From the UHGV virus genome UHGV-0247568: a DNA stretch of 64,000 nucleotides. One strand, given 5' to 3'. Positions 1-9,491 of this stretch are shown in pieces. The position numbers and the translations under genes are program-made. The notes below the pieces were generated by a model, which saw only the letters and a list, made by a program, of their open reading frames with translations, made no database searches and was not told the DNA's origin. The stretch is from a virus. Every line of letters starts with the position of its first letter. Position 1 is the first letter of the stretch.

Positions 1-300
1 AATAAGATATTCATTTCTAAAGTTTGGATTAAAAATTCCATTGATTTGATATTCTTTTTTATTATAACGAACCAACATTGCTTTTGTAATTCCTTCACGA
101 TAATAAATTTTAAAAGTTACTCGTTCAACTGTTACTGTTTCTTTTCCATCATTAATTTCAACGGGTTCTTCTGAATTTTTGATTTGAGCCCAAGGTCTTG
201 CAAAAGGTACAAACACTTGTTGTTGAAAACCTTCGTCATCAGTTACCCACTTAATATTCCCAAGTTCGATCCTTCGATCTAATAATCCACTTTGTGTCAT
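1..300 (-). CDS. Head-tail joining (head closure) protein, 5'-partial: gene runs off the window start
   Basis: Open frame on minus strand from ATG at 298-300 to base 1 (100 codons, no stops; I translated it myself). Sequence 'MTQSGLLDRRIELGNIKWVTDDEGFQQQVFVPFARPWAQIKNSEEP...' fits the Phage_H_T_join pattern. ATGA start/stop overlap with upstream connector gene. Confidence 0.6.
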   Translation of the reverse strand, partial: MTQSGLLDRRIELGNIKWVTDDEGFQQQVFVPFARPWAQIKNSEEPVEINDGKETVTVERVTFKIYYREGITKAMLVRYNKKEYQINGIFNPNFRNEYLI

Positions 301-701
301 AAGTAATAACCTCCGCAACCTATATCGCTAAAACCAGAATCTGCTAGAGTTACTTGCCAATTACGATGCATATCTAAAATTCCTTCAAAAACATAAGGCA
401 ATTCTTGTTTTGAAATATCTTCAGTTAAAACTCCACGATTTTTATACCAATGTTCAGAAATTGCTAATGTTGCAATCGTAATTTCTGATGGAATATCTCC
501 ATCAACCCACTCATTGAACTTCCATCCAAGATAGGTTTGTACAAATGATTTTGCGGCAGCTAAAATTGTTCCAATAAATCGATCATTTTCTGGGTCTTCA
601 AAATCGATTCTCATATAATTTTTTAAGTCGTCGACTGTTAAATCTTGAGGCGATGTTGTAGCTACCAAAACTTCTAACTCATTTTTTTCACTATTTTCCA
701 T
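297..701 (-). CDS. Head-tail connector/adaptor protein (gp6-like)
   Basis: 134 aa. N-terminal 'LTVDDLKNYMRIDFEDPENDRFIGTILAAAKSFVQTY' matches gp6-like DNA-packaging/connector family pattern. Position between capsid module and head-closure gene. Confidence 0.55.
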   Translation of the reverse strand: MENSEKNELEVLVATTSPQDLTVDDLKNYMRIDFEDPENDRFIGTILAAAKSFVQTYLGWKFNEWVDGDIPSEITIATLAISEHWYKNRGVLTEDISKQELPYVFEGILDMHRNWQVTLADSGFSDIGCGGYYL

Positions 702-857
702 TTATTTACCACCTCCGCTAATATAAAAATATAATTTTATTCAATTATTATATGTTTATATTAGCGGATGAGATGACCAGTCTCATCGGCTAACGTTAAT
801 GGATATAAGGAAAAATCTCAGCCACAATAAAGTAAGCCTCGATTGTAAAATTTTGTA

Positions 858-1745
858 TTATTTTTTAACTTTTTTAATCGCTTGGATGTACTTATATGAG
901 CAAAAATCTTTAGAAATATGTGAAAAATCATCAAAAAATGGTGTATTTTTAACATATTTTCCTTTAAAAAATAGCTCTTTTCTGTCCTCAGTGACTCCTG
1001 CGTTGTGAAAAATCTTATATTTTTCCCAATTTTCAATTGGATCTGTTGCCCAATTGAAGATAAAATCATCAGAAGTTAGCGGTTTATAATTAAATAGAAC
1101 CATATTCCAGCACTGAGACCACATTTCTGCTGTCCAAATTTGTAAATTTGTATCAATTGTTGCAAAATAACGCCAGAGTTTATTAGAATCGTGATAAACT
1201 TTTTCCCAGAACTCTTTTTTTGGCTTATTTACTAAAACTTGTGCTCCTAGGTGCAGTCCTAGGTGCTCGTTCAGCTGATCTTCTGATATTCCTATAATGT
1301 CTAACATTTTATTTGCAATATGAGGACCATTTTCGCAACCTTTTATATAATCTAAAGAAAGATAACCAGAACAATCTGAACCGATCCATTCATTATCTTT
1401 TAATTGAGGAATATTTGGCATTTCTCTAAAGATAACATCAGAATCAATATAAAGAAATTGTTCTTTTTCCATTTCTGGATTCTCTTCTAAAAATTTCCAC
1501 CATAAATATGGTCGAATAGAAGAGATATATCCTTTATATTCTCTATTATCTTCATATCGATAAATAGAAATGTGAGGATATTTTTGTTTTAACCTTTCAG
1601 AAATTGAAGGGTCAAAACTAGCAAATAATACATAAATATCTTTAATATTATGCTCTAATAAATTTGTGATTGCAACTTCTAATTCCCATTCGAAACGAAC
1701 TATTTCTGGTTGGGCAAATAATACTTTCATTTTTCTAGTTCTCAC
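858..1745 (-). CDS. Hypothetical protein (moron between connector and capsid genes). Has a 'YIDSDVIF' DxD-like motif, so could be a GT-A-like glycosyltransferase.
   Basis: 295-aa ORF, no recognisable structural-protein features. Inserted in otherwise syntenic head module. DxD motif only weak evidence. Confidence 0.4.
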   Translation of the reverse strand: MRTRKMKVLFAQPEIVRFEWELEVAITNLLEHNIKDIYVLFASFDPSISERLKQKYPHISIYRYEDNREYKGYISSIRPYLWWKFLEENPEMEKEQFLYIDSDVIFREMPNIPQLKDNEWIGSDCSGYLSLDYIKGCENGPHIANKMLDIIGISEDQLNEHLGLHLGAQVLVNKPKKEFWEKVYHDSNKLWRYFATIDTNLQIWTAEMWSQCWNMVLFNYKPLTSDDFIFNWATDPIENWEKYKIFHNAGVTEDRKELFFKGKYVKNTPFFDDFSHISKDFCSYKYIQAIKKVKK

Positions 1746-1916
1746 CTTTCAATTTCTAATTTTAACAATAAAAGTGAGCAATATTCTAAATTAACGACCC
1801 GTTGCTCTCGGAGTCTACCATAAATATATATGTAAATTGAAGATGGACGAATTAGCATCCACCTTCAATAGTGAAAAATTATGTTTCATACTCAACCTAC
1901 CAGGACGCCAACACTA

Positions 1917-2053
1917 CCCACCGGGGGTGACGGTGGTAGTTGTTGTAGTCGTCGGTTTAACCGTTGTCGTCGTCGTAGTTGTTGAAGTCGACGTCGTTGT
2001 AGTGGTTGTTGGTTTGACAGTAGTTGTCGTTGTTGTAGTAGGCTGAGTTGTTA
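1917..2053 (-). other. Thr-rich open frame (-1 relative to capsid) directly downstream of capsid stop; candidate programmed -1 frameshift C-terminal extension
   Basis: 46 stop-free codons encoding '...KVTTQPTTTTTTTVKPTTTTTTSTSTTTTTTVKPTTTTTTTVTPGG*'. No start codon. Reached from capsid frame by a -1 slip at the final Lys codon (GCA AAG TAA -> A AAG); two ~30-nt DNA repeats. Confidence 0.4.
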
Positions 2054-3253
2054 CTTTGCTGTTGCCACTACTAAAGCGTTAGGATTGTAAACTTCTCCAT
2101 CCATGTAAGTGTCTAAGATAGATAATTGTCCACCAGCTAAAGCTTGTGTTGTATCTTGTGTTACGTTAATCAAGTTCATACCTTTTTTGATCAACATACC
2201 ATAACCAGCTTGGAAGTTACCAAATACAATTTTATCTGCATTTTCGCCAGTTAAAACATCAGATACGTGTACTGGGCATCCAAATAGAGAATATCCAGGT
2301 TTACCGTCAACTAATCCACGGAAGATTAAGAATGTTCCGTCACCGTCTTTTAATTGCATAACTTTGTTGAACATTGGACGGCTCATTACCCACATAGAAC
2401 CTTCTAAATATCCTGGGTTTAAAGTACCGTAAATGTTCAATAAGTCTGGCACATCGATAGCTTTAGCGACATCAAGAGCTAAAACATTTTTATCGCCAAT
2501 TACTGGACGGAATGCTTCGTCTTCGTTTTCGCCATCTTTAGGTCCAACTAAGATTCCACGTTCAATTGTTTTAGCAACAGAACGAGCTAAGCGACCTTGA
2601 GCATAACTAACAATATCAACACCAGAATCGTTGATCAATTGTTGAGTTAATTGAATTGCTGCACCAACACGTTTTTGGTTAAGTGTTACTGCTTTCAATT
2701 TAGGTTGTAATTTGTTTGCGTCTACAGTTTCACCGATAAAACCTTCGTCAAAGTTACCGTCTTCACGAGCGATTTTCAAATTACCAGTTACAGATGTGAA
2801 TTTACGAGCTGCTTCAAACACAGGTGAAGTTTCGCCTAATAATTCAACAATTTCATTGTGAATTTGTGTAGGTACTAAAAATTCTCCTAATGGATTTGCG
2901 TTGTTCGCAGTTGTATTTTCACTGTTAGAGTAAGCAATATCACGTAATTCTTCCCCTTCACGACGACGTAAGAATTGTTCCATGCCGCGTAATTCGACTT
3001 CTTTTGTAATTTCTTTTTCCATCTTTGTTTCTCCTCCGATTGTTTCGACATCTGCATCAGCTAATGAACGAACTTCTTTAATTTGTTTGATAGACGCATC
3101 TAAATCTGCGACTTCGCTTTTAATTTCTGAAATACGACTTAATTCACTTTCATCAAAAGCACGAGTTTCTGCTTCAACTTTATCAGCAACTTCGCTCATT
3201 TCTTGAACTAATGCGTTGCGTTTTTCCAACATTGCTTTTAAATTAATTTCCAT
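2051..3253 (-). CDS. Major capsid protein (HK97 fold) with N-terminal coiled-coil delta/scaffold-like domain
   Basis: 400 aa. N-terminal ~110 aa highly charged helical region followed by capsid-like body. Gene order protease-capsid. Confidence 0.75.
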   Translation of the reverse strand: MEINLKAMLEKRNALVQEMSEVADKVEAETRAFDESELSRISEIKSEVADLDASIKQIKEVRSLADADVETIGGETKMEKEITKEVELRGMEQFLRRREGEELRDIAYSNSENTTANNANPLGEFLVPTQIHNEIVELLGETSPVFEAARKFTSVTGNLKIAREDGNFDEGFIGETVDANKLQPKLKAVTLNQKRVGAAIQLTQQLINDSGVDIVSYAQGRLARSVAKTIERGILVGPKDGENEDEAFRPVIGDKNVLALDVAKAIDVPDLLNIYGTLNPGYLEGSMWVMSRPMFNKVMQLKDGDGTFLIFRGLVDGKPGYSLFGCPVHVSDVLTGENADKIVFGNFQAGYGMLIKKGMNLINVTQDTTQALAGGQLSILDTYMDGEVYNPNALVVATAK

Positions 3254-4421
3254 TCTCTGGAACCTCCATAATTTTATTATTTTCTAACCAAGCTCTAACT
3301 TCTGCTTGTACATCAGGCTTTTTCGTGGTTGTTGTCGTTGTTTCTGGCTCAGCTGCTGTTTCCGCTTTACCTTCTTCAACTTTCGTTTCGTCAACTGGTG
3401 TTTCTTCCGCTTTTTGTTCAGTTTCGTCAACACGAGTTTCTTCACTCGGTTCTTCAACTTTAGCCTCAGCTTTAGGCTCACCATTTTCGTCCTCAACAAC
3501 GGCTTTTGTACCGTCTTCAGTTTTTTCAACTTTAGCTTTTTCTTCAGTAACAGGTTCTTCAACCTTTTCTTCAGTTACTTTTTCTTCAACAGTTGGTGTT
3601 GGTTCAGTTGGTTGGGCTGGTGCTGCAGCAGCTGCTGTGGGGTCCATTGGTGGAACTTGTGCGCTTGCAACTTGTGAAACTTGTTCCATTACCTGTTTCG
3701 CCATTTCCAATCCATCAAATGCGGACTTATCTACAATTTCTTGTAATAATTTATTTGTGTCAGCTTGATTCATTGCTAAAGTTGAAATAGCATCATACAA
3801 CATTTTTGGTGTTACTTCCATATTGTCTGTATTCAAACCATTTCCTCCTATAAGAGCTCTAAACTCCAAATCATTCGGAATTTCAACGTCAGCTACTTCC
3901 ATACCACGTGCCTCCAATAAAGTAGTTGGATATGCGGGAGTTTTTAGTGCTGAAACTTCAAATAGTTCAATTTCACTAATAGTTCGAAGTGGCATTCCGT
4001 CTGCAGCTAAAGACCAATCTTCATTTAATACTTTCATACCAAAAGAAAGACCTTTAATAATTCCGTCTTTTACTAATACATATAAGTCTCGTCCGTAACT
4101 TGTTGGAGACACAGTTGCTTCAAAATAGAGGCCAACTTCGTCTTCTTCCAATTTTAACGAGCCATTTGCAGTAGATGCTAAAATCTTTTTAGTATCATGA
4201 TCGGCAAGTAAATCGATACTTTCTTTTAAGCGTTTTGCTTTTGCAATTGCATTTCTGAAAGTTCCTGGAGCAATTACTTCTCTCCATTTTTTCTTACCTT
4301 CTTTACCAAGGATGTGACTAGATGCGTCAGTTGCTACATATCCTTGCAATTTCATTTCTTTCGACTCTTCATCAACATCATTGATGTTCAAATCAAGAGC
4401 ACGAACTTCAATTCCATCCAC
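3243..4421 (-). CDS. Prohead maturation protease (HK97 S78 family) with long Glu/Lys/Thr-rich C-terminal (scaffold-like) extension
   Basis: Motifs 'LLADHDTKKILAS' and 'IKGLSFGMKV' match catalytic His/Ser regions of HK97-type prohead proteases. Located between portal and capsid. Confidence 0.7.
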   Translation of the reverse strand: MDGIEVRALDLNINDVDEESKEMKLQGYVATDASSHILGKEGKKKWREVIAPGTFRNAIAKAKRLKESIDLLADHDTKKILASTANGSLKLEEDEVGLYFEATVSPTSYGRDLYVLVKDGIIKGLSFGMKVLNEDWSLAADGMPLRTISEIELFEVSALKTPAYPTTLLEARGMEVADVEIPNDLEFRALIGGNGLNTDNMEVTPKMLYDAISTLAMNQADTNKLLQEIVDKSAFDGLEMAKQVMEQVSQVASAQVPPMDPTAAAAAPAQPTEPTPTVEEKVTEEKVEEPVTEEKAKVEKTEDGTKAVVEDENGEPKAEAKVEEPSEETRVDETEQKAEETPVDETKVEEGKAETAAEPETTTTTTKKPDVQAEVRAWLENNKIMEVPENGN

Positions 4422-4448
4422 TATTTATCACTCTCCTCTGTATTATAT

Positions 4449-5732
4449 TTATTCCAATTGTTGTTGTTGTTCTTGTTCAGCTTTTTGTGTTGCTTTACTC
4501 TGCATTGTATTCGGAATAATGAACTCATCATTTTCAGGACGATATAGAACAGAACCAAGTGACATCTTGAAGAAGTCAGGCTGTTTTGTTTTGTTACGGT
4601 CAATTTCTGCACGAGCTTCGTAGAAACTAATTAAATTTCCATCAAATGCTGCAGCAACCGCTTCAGTTTTTTCTTTCATTGTTAGTTGCACTAACTTAGA
4701 AGTATCCATTTTAAATTGTAGTCCGTCAGATTTTTCTGATTCCAATAACAATTCTTTGTTAACTGCATTTTCAATAGCTGACACAATTGGGTTTATACAT
4801 TGTTGTAAGAAAGCGATATTTCCCTGTTCACCAGAGCCGTACTTATTAGCTTCGGTATTAATCAAAAATTCCGGAATATTTAACATTTGTGCAATAGCTT
4901 TGTTTAAATATTGGCGTAATTCTTTCATTTGCAACTTTTGCGGATCAAGTGAAACAGGATTATATTGCAATCCTTCTTCTAAGATAATTGTTTTACCCGC
5001 ATTTTCAGAACCGGCATATAAGTTTGAGAAAGAATTTTTTAAGTTAGCGAAAGCTTTTTCACTCAGTTTTTTCTCAGTTTGTAAGACTGCAATTGGTGCA
5101 GCACCATTTTTCATTACCGCTTTTGAAAATTGTTGTTCCGCTAAAGCTAGCCGAAGTAAATCTTCATACTGTCTTAAAATACCTTTACCAGTAAGACCAT
5201 CTTTAGAATCACGTAAAATAGTTAGTAATTGATAACCATCAAATTCTTTTGTTCCACCAAAGTCGTTATAAATCGTTTTTGCAAACTTTTTATAAACGTC
5301 AATTGAATAAACTTGAACTGTAATTTTCTTACTCTCCAAGAGATAAAGAGCTTTAATTGTATTTAAATTTCTTTCAATCACAGAATTTGAAACGCCATAT
5401 AATAAGTAGTCTCTCGCCATAGCTCTTTTATAAGTATAAGCATCCATCATATCATTTGGCTGTTTGTTTAACAATACTAATCTAGGATCGTCGTCTTTTC
5501 TTATAACGTCTCCTGACTCGGGATCTTTTTTGACTAGTGAAAATGGAAGTTGACCAATTGAAGATGCAATCATATCTACTGCTGCCGCGATAGCCGGAAT
5601 AGATAAAGCGTCTTCTTCTGAGATAGATGTTGATCCACCAAAAAAAGATTCTAATGCCGTTTGGCCATATGTTACCGAGCCATTAGATACTGGCATGTTA
5701 TTATCTTTTTTGAAAAAATCAAATAGTCCCAT
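4449..5732 (-). CDS. Portal protein
   Basis: 427 aa, immediately downstream of terminase large subunit and upstream of protease; HK97-family portal size and composition. Confidence 0.7.
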   Translation of the reverse strand: MGLFDFFKKDNNMPVSNGSVTYGQTALESFFGGSTSISEEDALSIPAIAAAVDMIASSIGQLPFSLVKKDPESGDVIRKDDDPRLVLLNKQPNDMMDAYTYKRAMARDYLLYGVSNSVIERNLNTIKALYLLESKKITVQVYSIDVYKKFAKTIYNDFGGTKEFDGYQLLTILRDSKDGLTGKGILRQYEDLLRLALAEQQFSKAVMKNGAAPIAVLQTEKKLSEKAFANLKNSFSNLYAGSENAGKTIILEEGLQYNPVSLDPQKLQMKELRQYLNKAIAQMLNIPEFLINTEANKYGSGEQGNIAFLQQCINPIVSAIENAVNKELLLESEKSDGLQFKMDTSKLVQLTMKEKTEAVAAAFDGNLISFYEARAEIDRNKTKQPDFFKMSLGSVLYRPENDEFIIPNTMQSKATQKAEQEQQQQLE

Positions 5733-5748
5733 CTTTTAATCTCCTTCC

Positions 5749-7455
5749 TTATAAAATATAAACACCTCTAGATTCGTAAGAAGATGATCCTTCTTCGATT
5801 TCGGTGTTCCATAATGCGATTGCATCAATTGTTGCTGCTAACATATCGATCTTACCAGTCGATTTTTTCTTGTTTACATAACTATTTAAGTTATTATCGA
5901 AAACTTCTCTAGCGTTTGCAACATTTCGTTCAAAAAGAATATTAGGTTCGTATCCAACTTTTTGTTGAAGAACATATTCTTTTAATAATTTTGTCGGTGC
6001 ATGTAAGGTGTTTGAATGTTGTTTCACTTCAATAACGTCATATCCACCTTCTTCATTCCATCTATTTACAGACGAAATTGCATTCCATTTATCATATCCG
6101 ATACCAAGAATGTTAACTCCATATTCCTTTTCCAATTTTAAAACAAAATCTTCAACGAATCTATAAGAGATAATTCGATCACCACAAGCAAAAGCATATC
6201 CATTTTCAATCATCATTTGATAATCGATTTTTTCTATTTTGCTTTTTTGATCAACACCCCAGGCTGGAATAAATGCCCAACTTTTTAGAATGAACTTATC
6301 TTCATAATGATCATAATGGACCATTGCAACAGAAGTATTATCTCCACTTTGAGCTAAATCGACTCCAATATAAACGTCTTTTCCATACCAATCATACGCA
6401 CCATCGAGTTTGTTTTTACGCAAATCTTCAGTTCTAATATATACTTCACTATCGTCTCCATCGACGAAAATGTTCATATGTTTAGTCTTGAAGTTCTTTT
6501 GTGCGGATGGCATTTCAATAGCTTTTTTCCTTTGTTGGAAAAGATATTCTTTATTGTCTTCAATATCGATCGCTAAAGGATTAGCTTTTAAAAGTTCATC
6601 ATCGTCAGTCCATTTTTTACTATCATCTGGACGATAAAGCATAGCGAATAATTTTTCGTCTTCAATATCTCCGTGGATAACTTTAGTAGCATAATCTACT
6701 TCTTCAGTCATCGGATTATTTAAAGATTCGTAAGCAGTTGAAATTAAAATACCTGTACGATTCACCATGTTCATTTGTGAAGACTTCATTGCATCAATAG
6801 GATAACGAGTCCTTAATGCTCCAACTTCATCGGCAACGAACACATTCGCTTTACGACCATCCATACGGTTTTCTGACGTCGCTAATGGAACAAATTTACT
6901 TTTAGTTAATTTACACCGCACTTCACCACGAACAATTTGGAAATGTTTATTGATTAGTGGGCTTTTTTCAATTTGTTGTTCCATTTCTTTTTTAACGATT
7001 GATGATAATTCTCTATCCGGAGCAACAGAATAAAATTCAGAATATTCTGGCTCTATCAAAAGAAGCAAGATAAACAGAAGAGCTACTAAAAATGTTTTAC
7101 CACTTTTACGTCCAATCAACAATACTGATTGTTCATATCTTCGTTTTTCAGGCTCATCCTTATATTTCCAACATAAAACATTCATAATAAAGAACCACTG
7201 GAAAGGCGCTAATGAATCTCTAACAGGTTGTCCTTGTCTGATTCCTGAAGCCATATTAATTAGTCCAGTTAACATTGTGATTTTTTTAGCAAGATTATAA
7301 TCAAAGAAGAATTTAAAATCTTCATCCTCTTCTTTTGTCAAATCGTTTAAAAATGTTTCACAAATTATTTTAATATCTTTATTAGTTGGAAATTTGTTTT
7401 CCGTAACATCGATGGCATACTTATATGATGGATGGTCTTTAAATGATTCATCCAT
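5749..7455 (-). CDS. Terminase large subunit
   Basis: 568 aa. Walker A 'LLIGRKSGKTF' near the N-terminus and C-terminal nuclease-like region. Synteny with portal. Confidence 0.8.
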   Translation of the reverse strand: MDESFKDHPSYKYAIDVTENKFPTNKDIKIICETFLNDLTKEEDEDFKFFFDYNLAKKITMLTGLINMASGIRQGQPVRDSLAPFQWFFIMNVLCWKYKDEPEKRRYEQSVLLIGRKSGKTFLVALLFILLLLIEPEYSEFYSVAPDRELSSIVKKEMEQQIEKSPLINKHFQIVRGEVRCKLTKSKFVPLATSENRMDGRKANVFVADEVGALRTRYPIDAMKSSQMNMVNRTGILISTAYESLNNPMTEEVDYATKVIHGDIEDEKLFAMLYRPDDSKKWTDDDELLKANPLAIDIEDNKEYLFQQRKKAIEMPSAQKNFKTKHMNIFVDGDDSEVYIRTEDLRKNKLDGAYDWYGKDVYIGVDLAQSGDNTSVAMVHYDHYEDKFILKSWAFIPAWGVDQKSKIEKIDYQMMIENGYAFACGDRIISYRFVEDFVLKLEKEYGVNILGIGYDKWNAISSVNRWNEEGGYDVIEVKQHSNTLHAPTKLLKEYVLQQKVGYEPNILFERNVANAREVFDNNLNSYVNKKKSTGKIDMLAATIDAIALWNTEIEEGSSSYESRGVYIL

Positions 7456-7493
7456 AAGTAAACCTCCAATTAGATAGCTTTTATTAAGCTAAA

Positions 7494-7565
7494 CAGGTCG
7501 TAGAAGATTCGAACTCCTATCACTTGGGTTGGAGCCAAGTATGTTGCCAATTACACCAACAACCT
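7494..7565 (-). tRNA. tRNA-Trp (anticodon CCA)
   Basis: Minus-strand sequence AGGTTGT-TG-GTGT...ACAT-A-CTTGG-CTCCAAC-CCAAG-TGAT-AGGAG-TTCGAAT-CTTCT-ACGACCT folds as a cloverleaf. 7-bp acceptor stem (one GU), anticodon loop CU-CCA-AC, canonical TTCGAAT T-loop. No encoded CCA. Confidence 0.6.
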
Positions 7566-7815
7566 ATGTGAAACTAAAAAGTTTCACTAAAAAAAGAAAA
7601 AAAGGAAGTTATGACTAGAAAAGTAGAAAGTAGAAAGGTGTTCAGAGAACACAATGATAGCCAATCGGAATCGCACCGATTCAAAAAGGCTTGTCAACCT
7701 TAATGTCTACTAAGAAGCTACCGCATTTAATGTTCCACCTTTAAAGGCAGTGGGACACCTATTTTAAAGTTCCACATTTATGGTAGTGGGTTACCATATG
7801 TCTCAATTGCTGATA

Positions 7816-8112
7816 TTATTTATTGGCGCTTGGTTTGTAACCAATTAATTTGCGCAGAGTTTTGCCTTCATCATTCAATAGCCAAACAGCTACAATTTTA
7901 AAGTCTTCATAATAAGCATTGTCTAGCAATTTTATATTCAAACCATTTTCATCATGAGTGAATACCATTGGATGAGATGATTTATTTGAAACAACTGTTT
8001 TGTTAATGTCAGTTCCAGTTGCGGTGATACCTGCAATATAATCAACTCGTAATGTTGCTGCTTTCTTATTATTAATTTCCTCTTTACTGAACTTGTCAAT
8101 TTGTAATAACAT
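7816..8112 (-). CDS. Hypothetical protein
   Basis: 98-aa ORF between terS and the tRNA/terL. Confidence 0.4.
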   Translation of the reverse strand: MLLQIDKFSKEEINNKKAATLRVDYIAGITATGTDINKTVVSNKSSHPMVFTHDENGLNIKLLDNAYYEDFKIVAVWLLNDEGKTLRKLIGYKPSANK

Positions 8113-8255
8113 ATAAAATCTCTCCTATCTTTCTGTCTAATTAATAATATGTTATATATTATGTAGGCAGACTAACAAAAAACCTAAAACATTAGTCTGA
8201 GTTTTTTAAAGGTATCCAGTTTTAAAATCGAAATATAATGCGACCGTTTCGGTCT

Positions 8256-8657
8256 CTATGATTTCAATGCGGCTAACAGCGGATCTTCTTCCTCTTCTTT
8301 TGCCTCGACTTTAAGTTGGCTTAAACTAGCCCTTGCTGAAGGAGATAATCCAAGTTGTCCACACAAAGCTCTATATTGTGTTAAATATGCTAATTTCGTT
8401 TTTACCATTGGATGTTCTTTTGGAATTGTATTTCCAAACTTATCATAAGAATCATATTTGATTCCTTCACGAGCTAAAATTTCATCAGCTTGTTTCATTT
8501 TTGAAAGACAATCAGCTGTTTGTGATAATAACGGTACGTCTAAATTAGACAAAAATCCTGATTCGCTGAATTCATTAATTAGAAATTGATAATATTCTTG
8601 GGCATAATCGTCTATATCGTCTGGAACAATCCACACTAAATCGTCATTTCCTGCCAT
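8256..8657 (-). CDS. Terminase small subunit (P27-like)
   Basis: 133 aa. '...KEHPMVKTKLAYLTQYRALCGQLGLSPSARASL' matches the conserved P27-family terS C-terminal motif. Confidence 0.65.
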   Translation of the reverse strand: MAGNDDLVWIVPDDIDDYAQEYYQFLINEFSESGFLSNLDVPLLSQTADCLSKMKQADEILAREGIKYDSYDKFGNTIPKEHPMVKTKLAYLTQYRALCGQLGLSPSARASLSQLKVEAKEEEEDPLLAALKS

Positions 8658-8747
8658 TTCTTTTTCAACTTCTGCTCGTTCGTTTAAATCTTCTTTTGTT
8701 TCACTTTTACCAGCTTTAACTGTTGCTGGTTTTCTAGGGTCGTGCCA

Positions 8748-9485
8748 TTACAGCATCACCACCTTGCTTAAATATTCTTCTTTTGTAATTGTTTCAAAAA
8801 TCATATCTTTATAAAACTTTTTAGATAGTCCATATTTTACATTTATGTCGCTATATTTCTTTTTAAAATCATTTCTAGAGCTAAAGTATTCGACTCTTCC
8901 ATCTTTAAAAGATACTTTAAGCGGAATTTTACATTTGTTTTTTAAATATAACTCGGTGTTATCTATGATAGTTTCTTTCTTCATTCCTTTATTCCAAGGA
9001 ATATTACCTTTCAAACTATCACTTATTTTGGATCGAGTTTCTTCTGAATGATTTTTACCAAGCATTGGGTGTATTCCTTTTTCTCCAGATTTATACATAG
9101 GATTATTCGGACCAACACCAATGTTCTTTTCTTTTCGTGTTTTAATCATTCTATTATAAATGTCTTTCTTTTCAGAATCTGGAAGGAACTTAATTAAATA
9201 TCCACCTTCTCCTCCTGCAGCTACATTATAAGAATTTTCTCTATATTTATTTATAAAGAAAATTTCTTGAGCGTTTAATTCTTCTTCAGAGAAGCACCAA
9301 CATATAATTTCATTTTTAAAGTTGTTTATTCCATATTTTTTAATAGCGTGTTTTAAGATCTTTCCGCTACCAAAATATTTTTCATCAATATTTTTAGTTT
9401 CTCTTTTGTGTTTTCCAATATATACTTTATTATTAATTAAGTTGGTGGTTTTATAGATATAACCAAATGGATTTGCCATATTCAT
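8748..9485 (-). CDS. GIY-YIG homing endonuclease
   Basis: 'GYIYKTTNLINNKVYIGK' GIY...YIG motif at N-terminus, Arg/Glu catalytic region, C-terminal DNA-binding repeats. Free-standing between terS and HNH genes. Confidence 0.85.
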   Translation of the reverse strand: MNMANPFGYIYKTTNLINNKVYIGKHKRETKNIDEKYFGSGKILKHAIKKYGINNFKNEIICWCFSEEELNAQEIFFINKYRENSYNVAAGGEGGYLIKFLPDSEKKDIYNRMIKTRKEKNIGVGPNNPMYKSGEKGIHPMLGKNHSEETRSKISDSLKGNIPWNKGMKKETIIDNTELYLKNKCKIPLKVSFKDGRVEYFSSRNDFKKKYSDINVKYGLSKKFYKDMIFETITKEEYLSKVVML

Positions 9486-9491
9486 TCCTCC

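Noticed and set aside
1837-2046. Plus-strand 69-aa poly-Val ORF
   Set aside because: Antisense shadow of the minus-strand Thr-rich (ACN)n repeat downstream of the capsid gene.
3284-3768. Three overlapping ORFs (3284-3562 minus; 3306-3677 and 3325-3768 plus) with poly-K/L, poly-F and poly-S/V translations
   Set aside because: They lie inside the Glu/Lys/Thr-rich C-terminal region of the prohead protease gene; low-complexity alternative-frame artefacts of the repetitive GAA/AAA codon run.
4756-5232. Antisense ORFs inside large genes (e.g. 4756-5232 +, 6410-6637 +, 13442-13995 -, 52533-52736 -, 55585-55821 -, 56142-56438 -)
   Set aside because: Fully nested on the opposite strand of well-supported genes, no RBS, low-complexity translations typical of AT-rich shadows.
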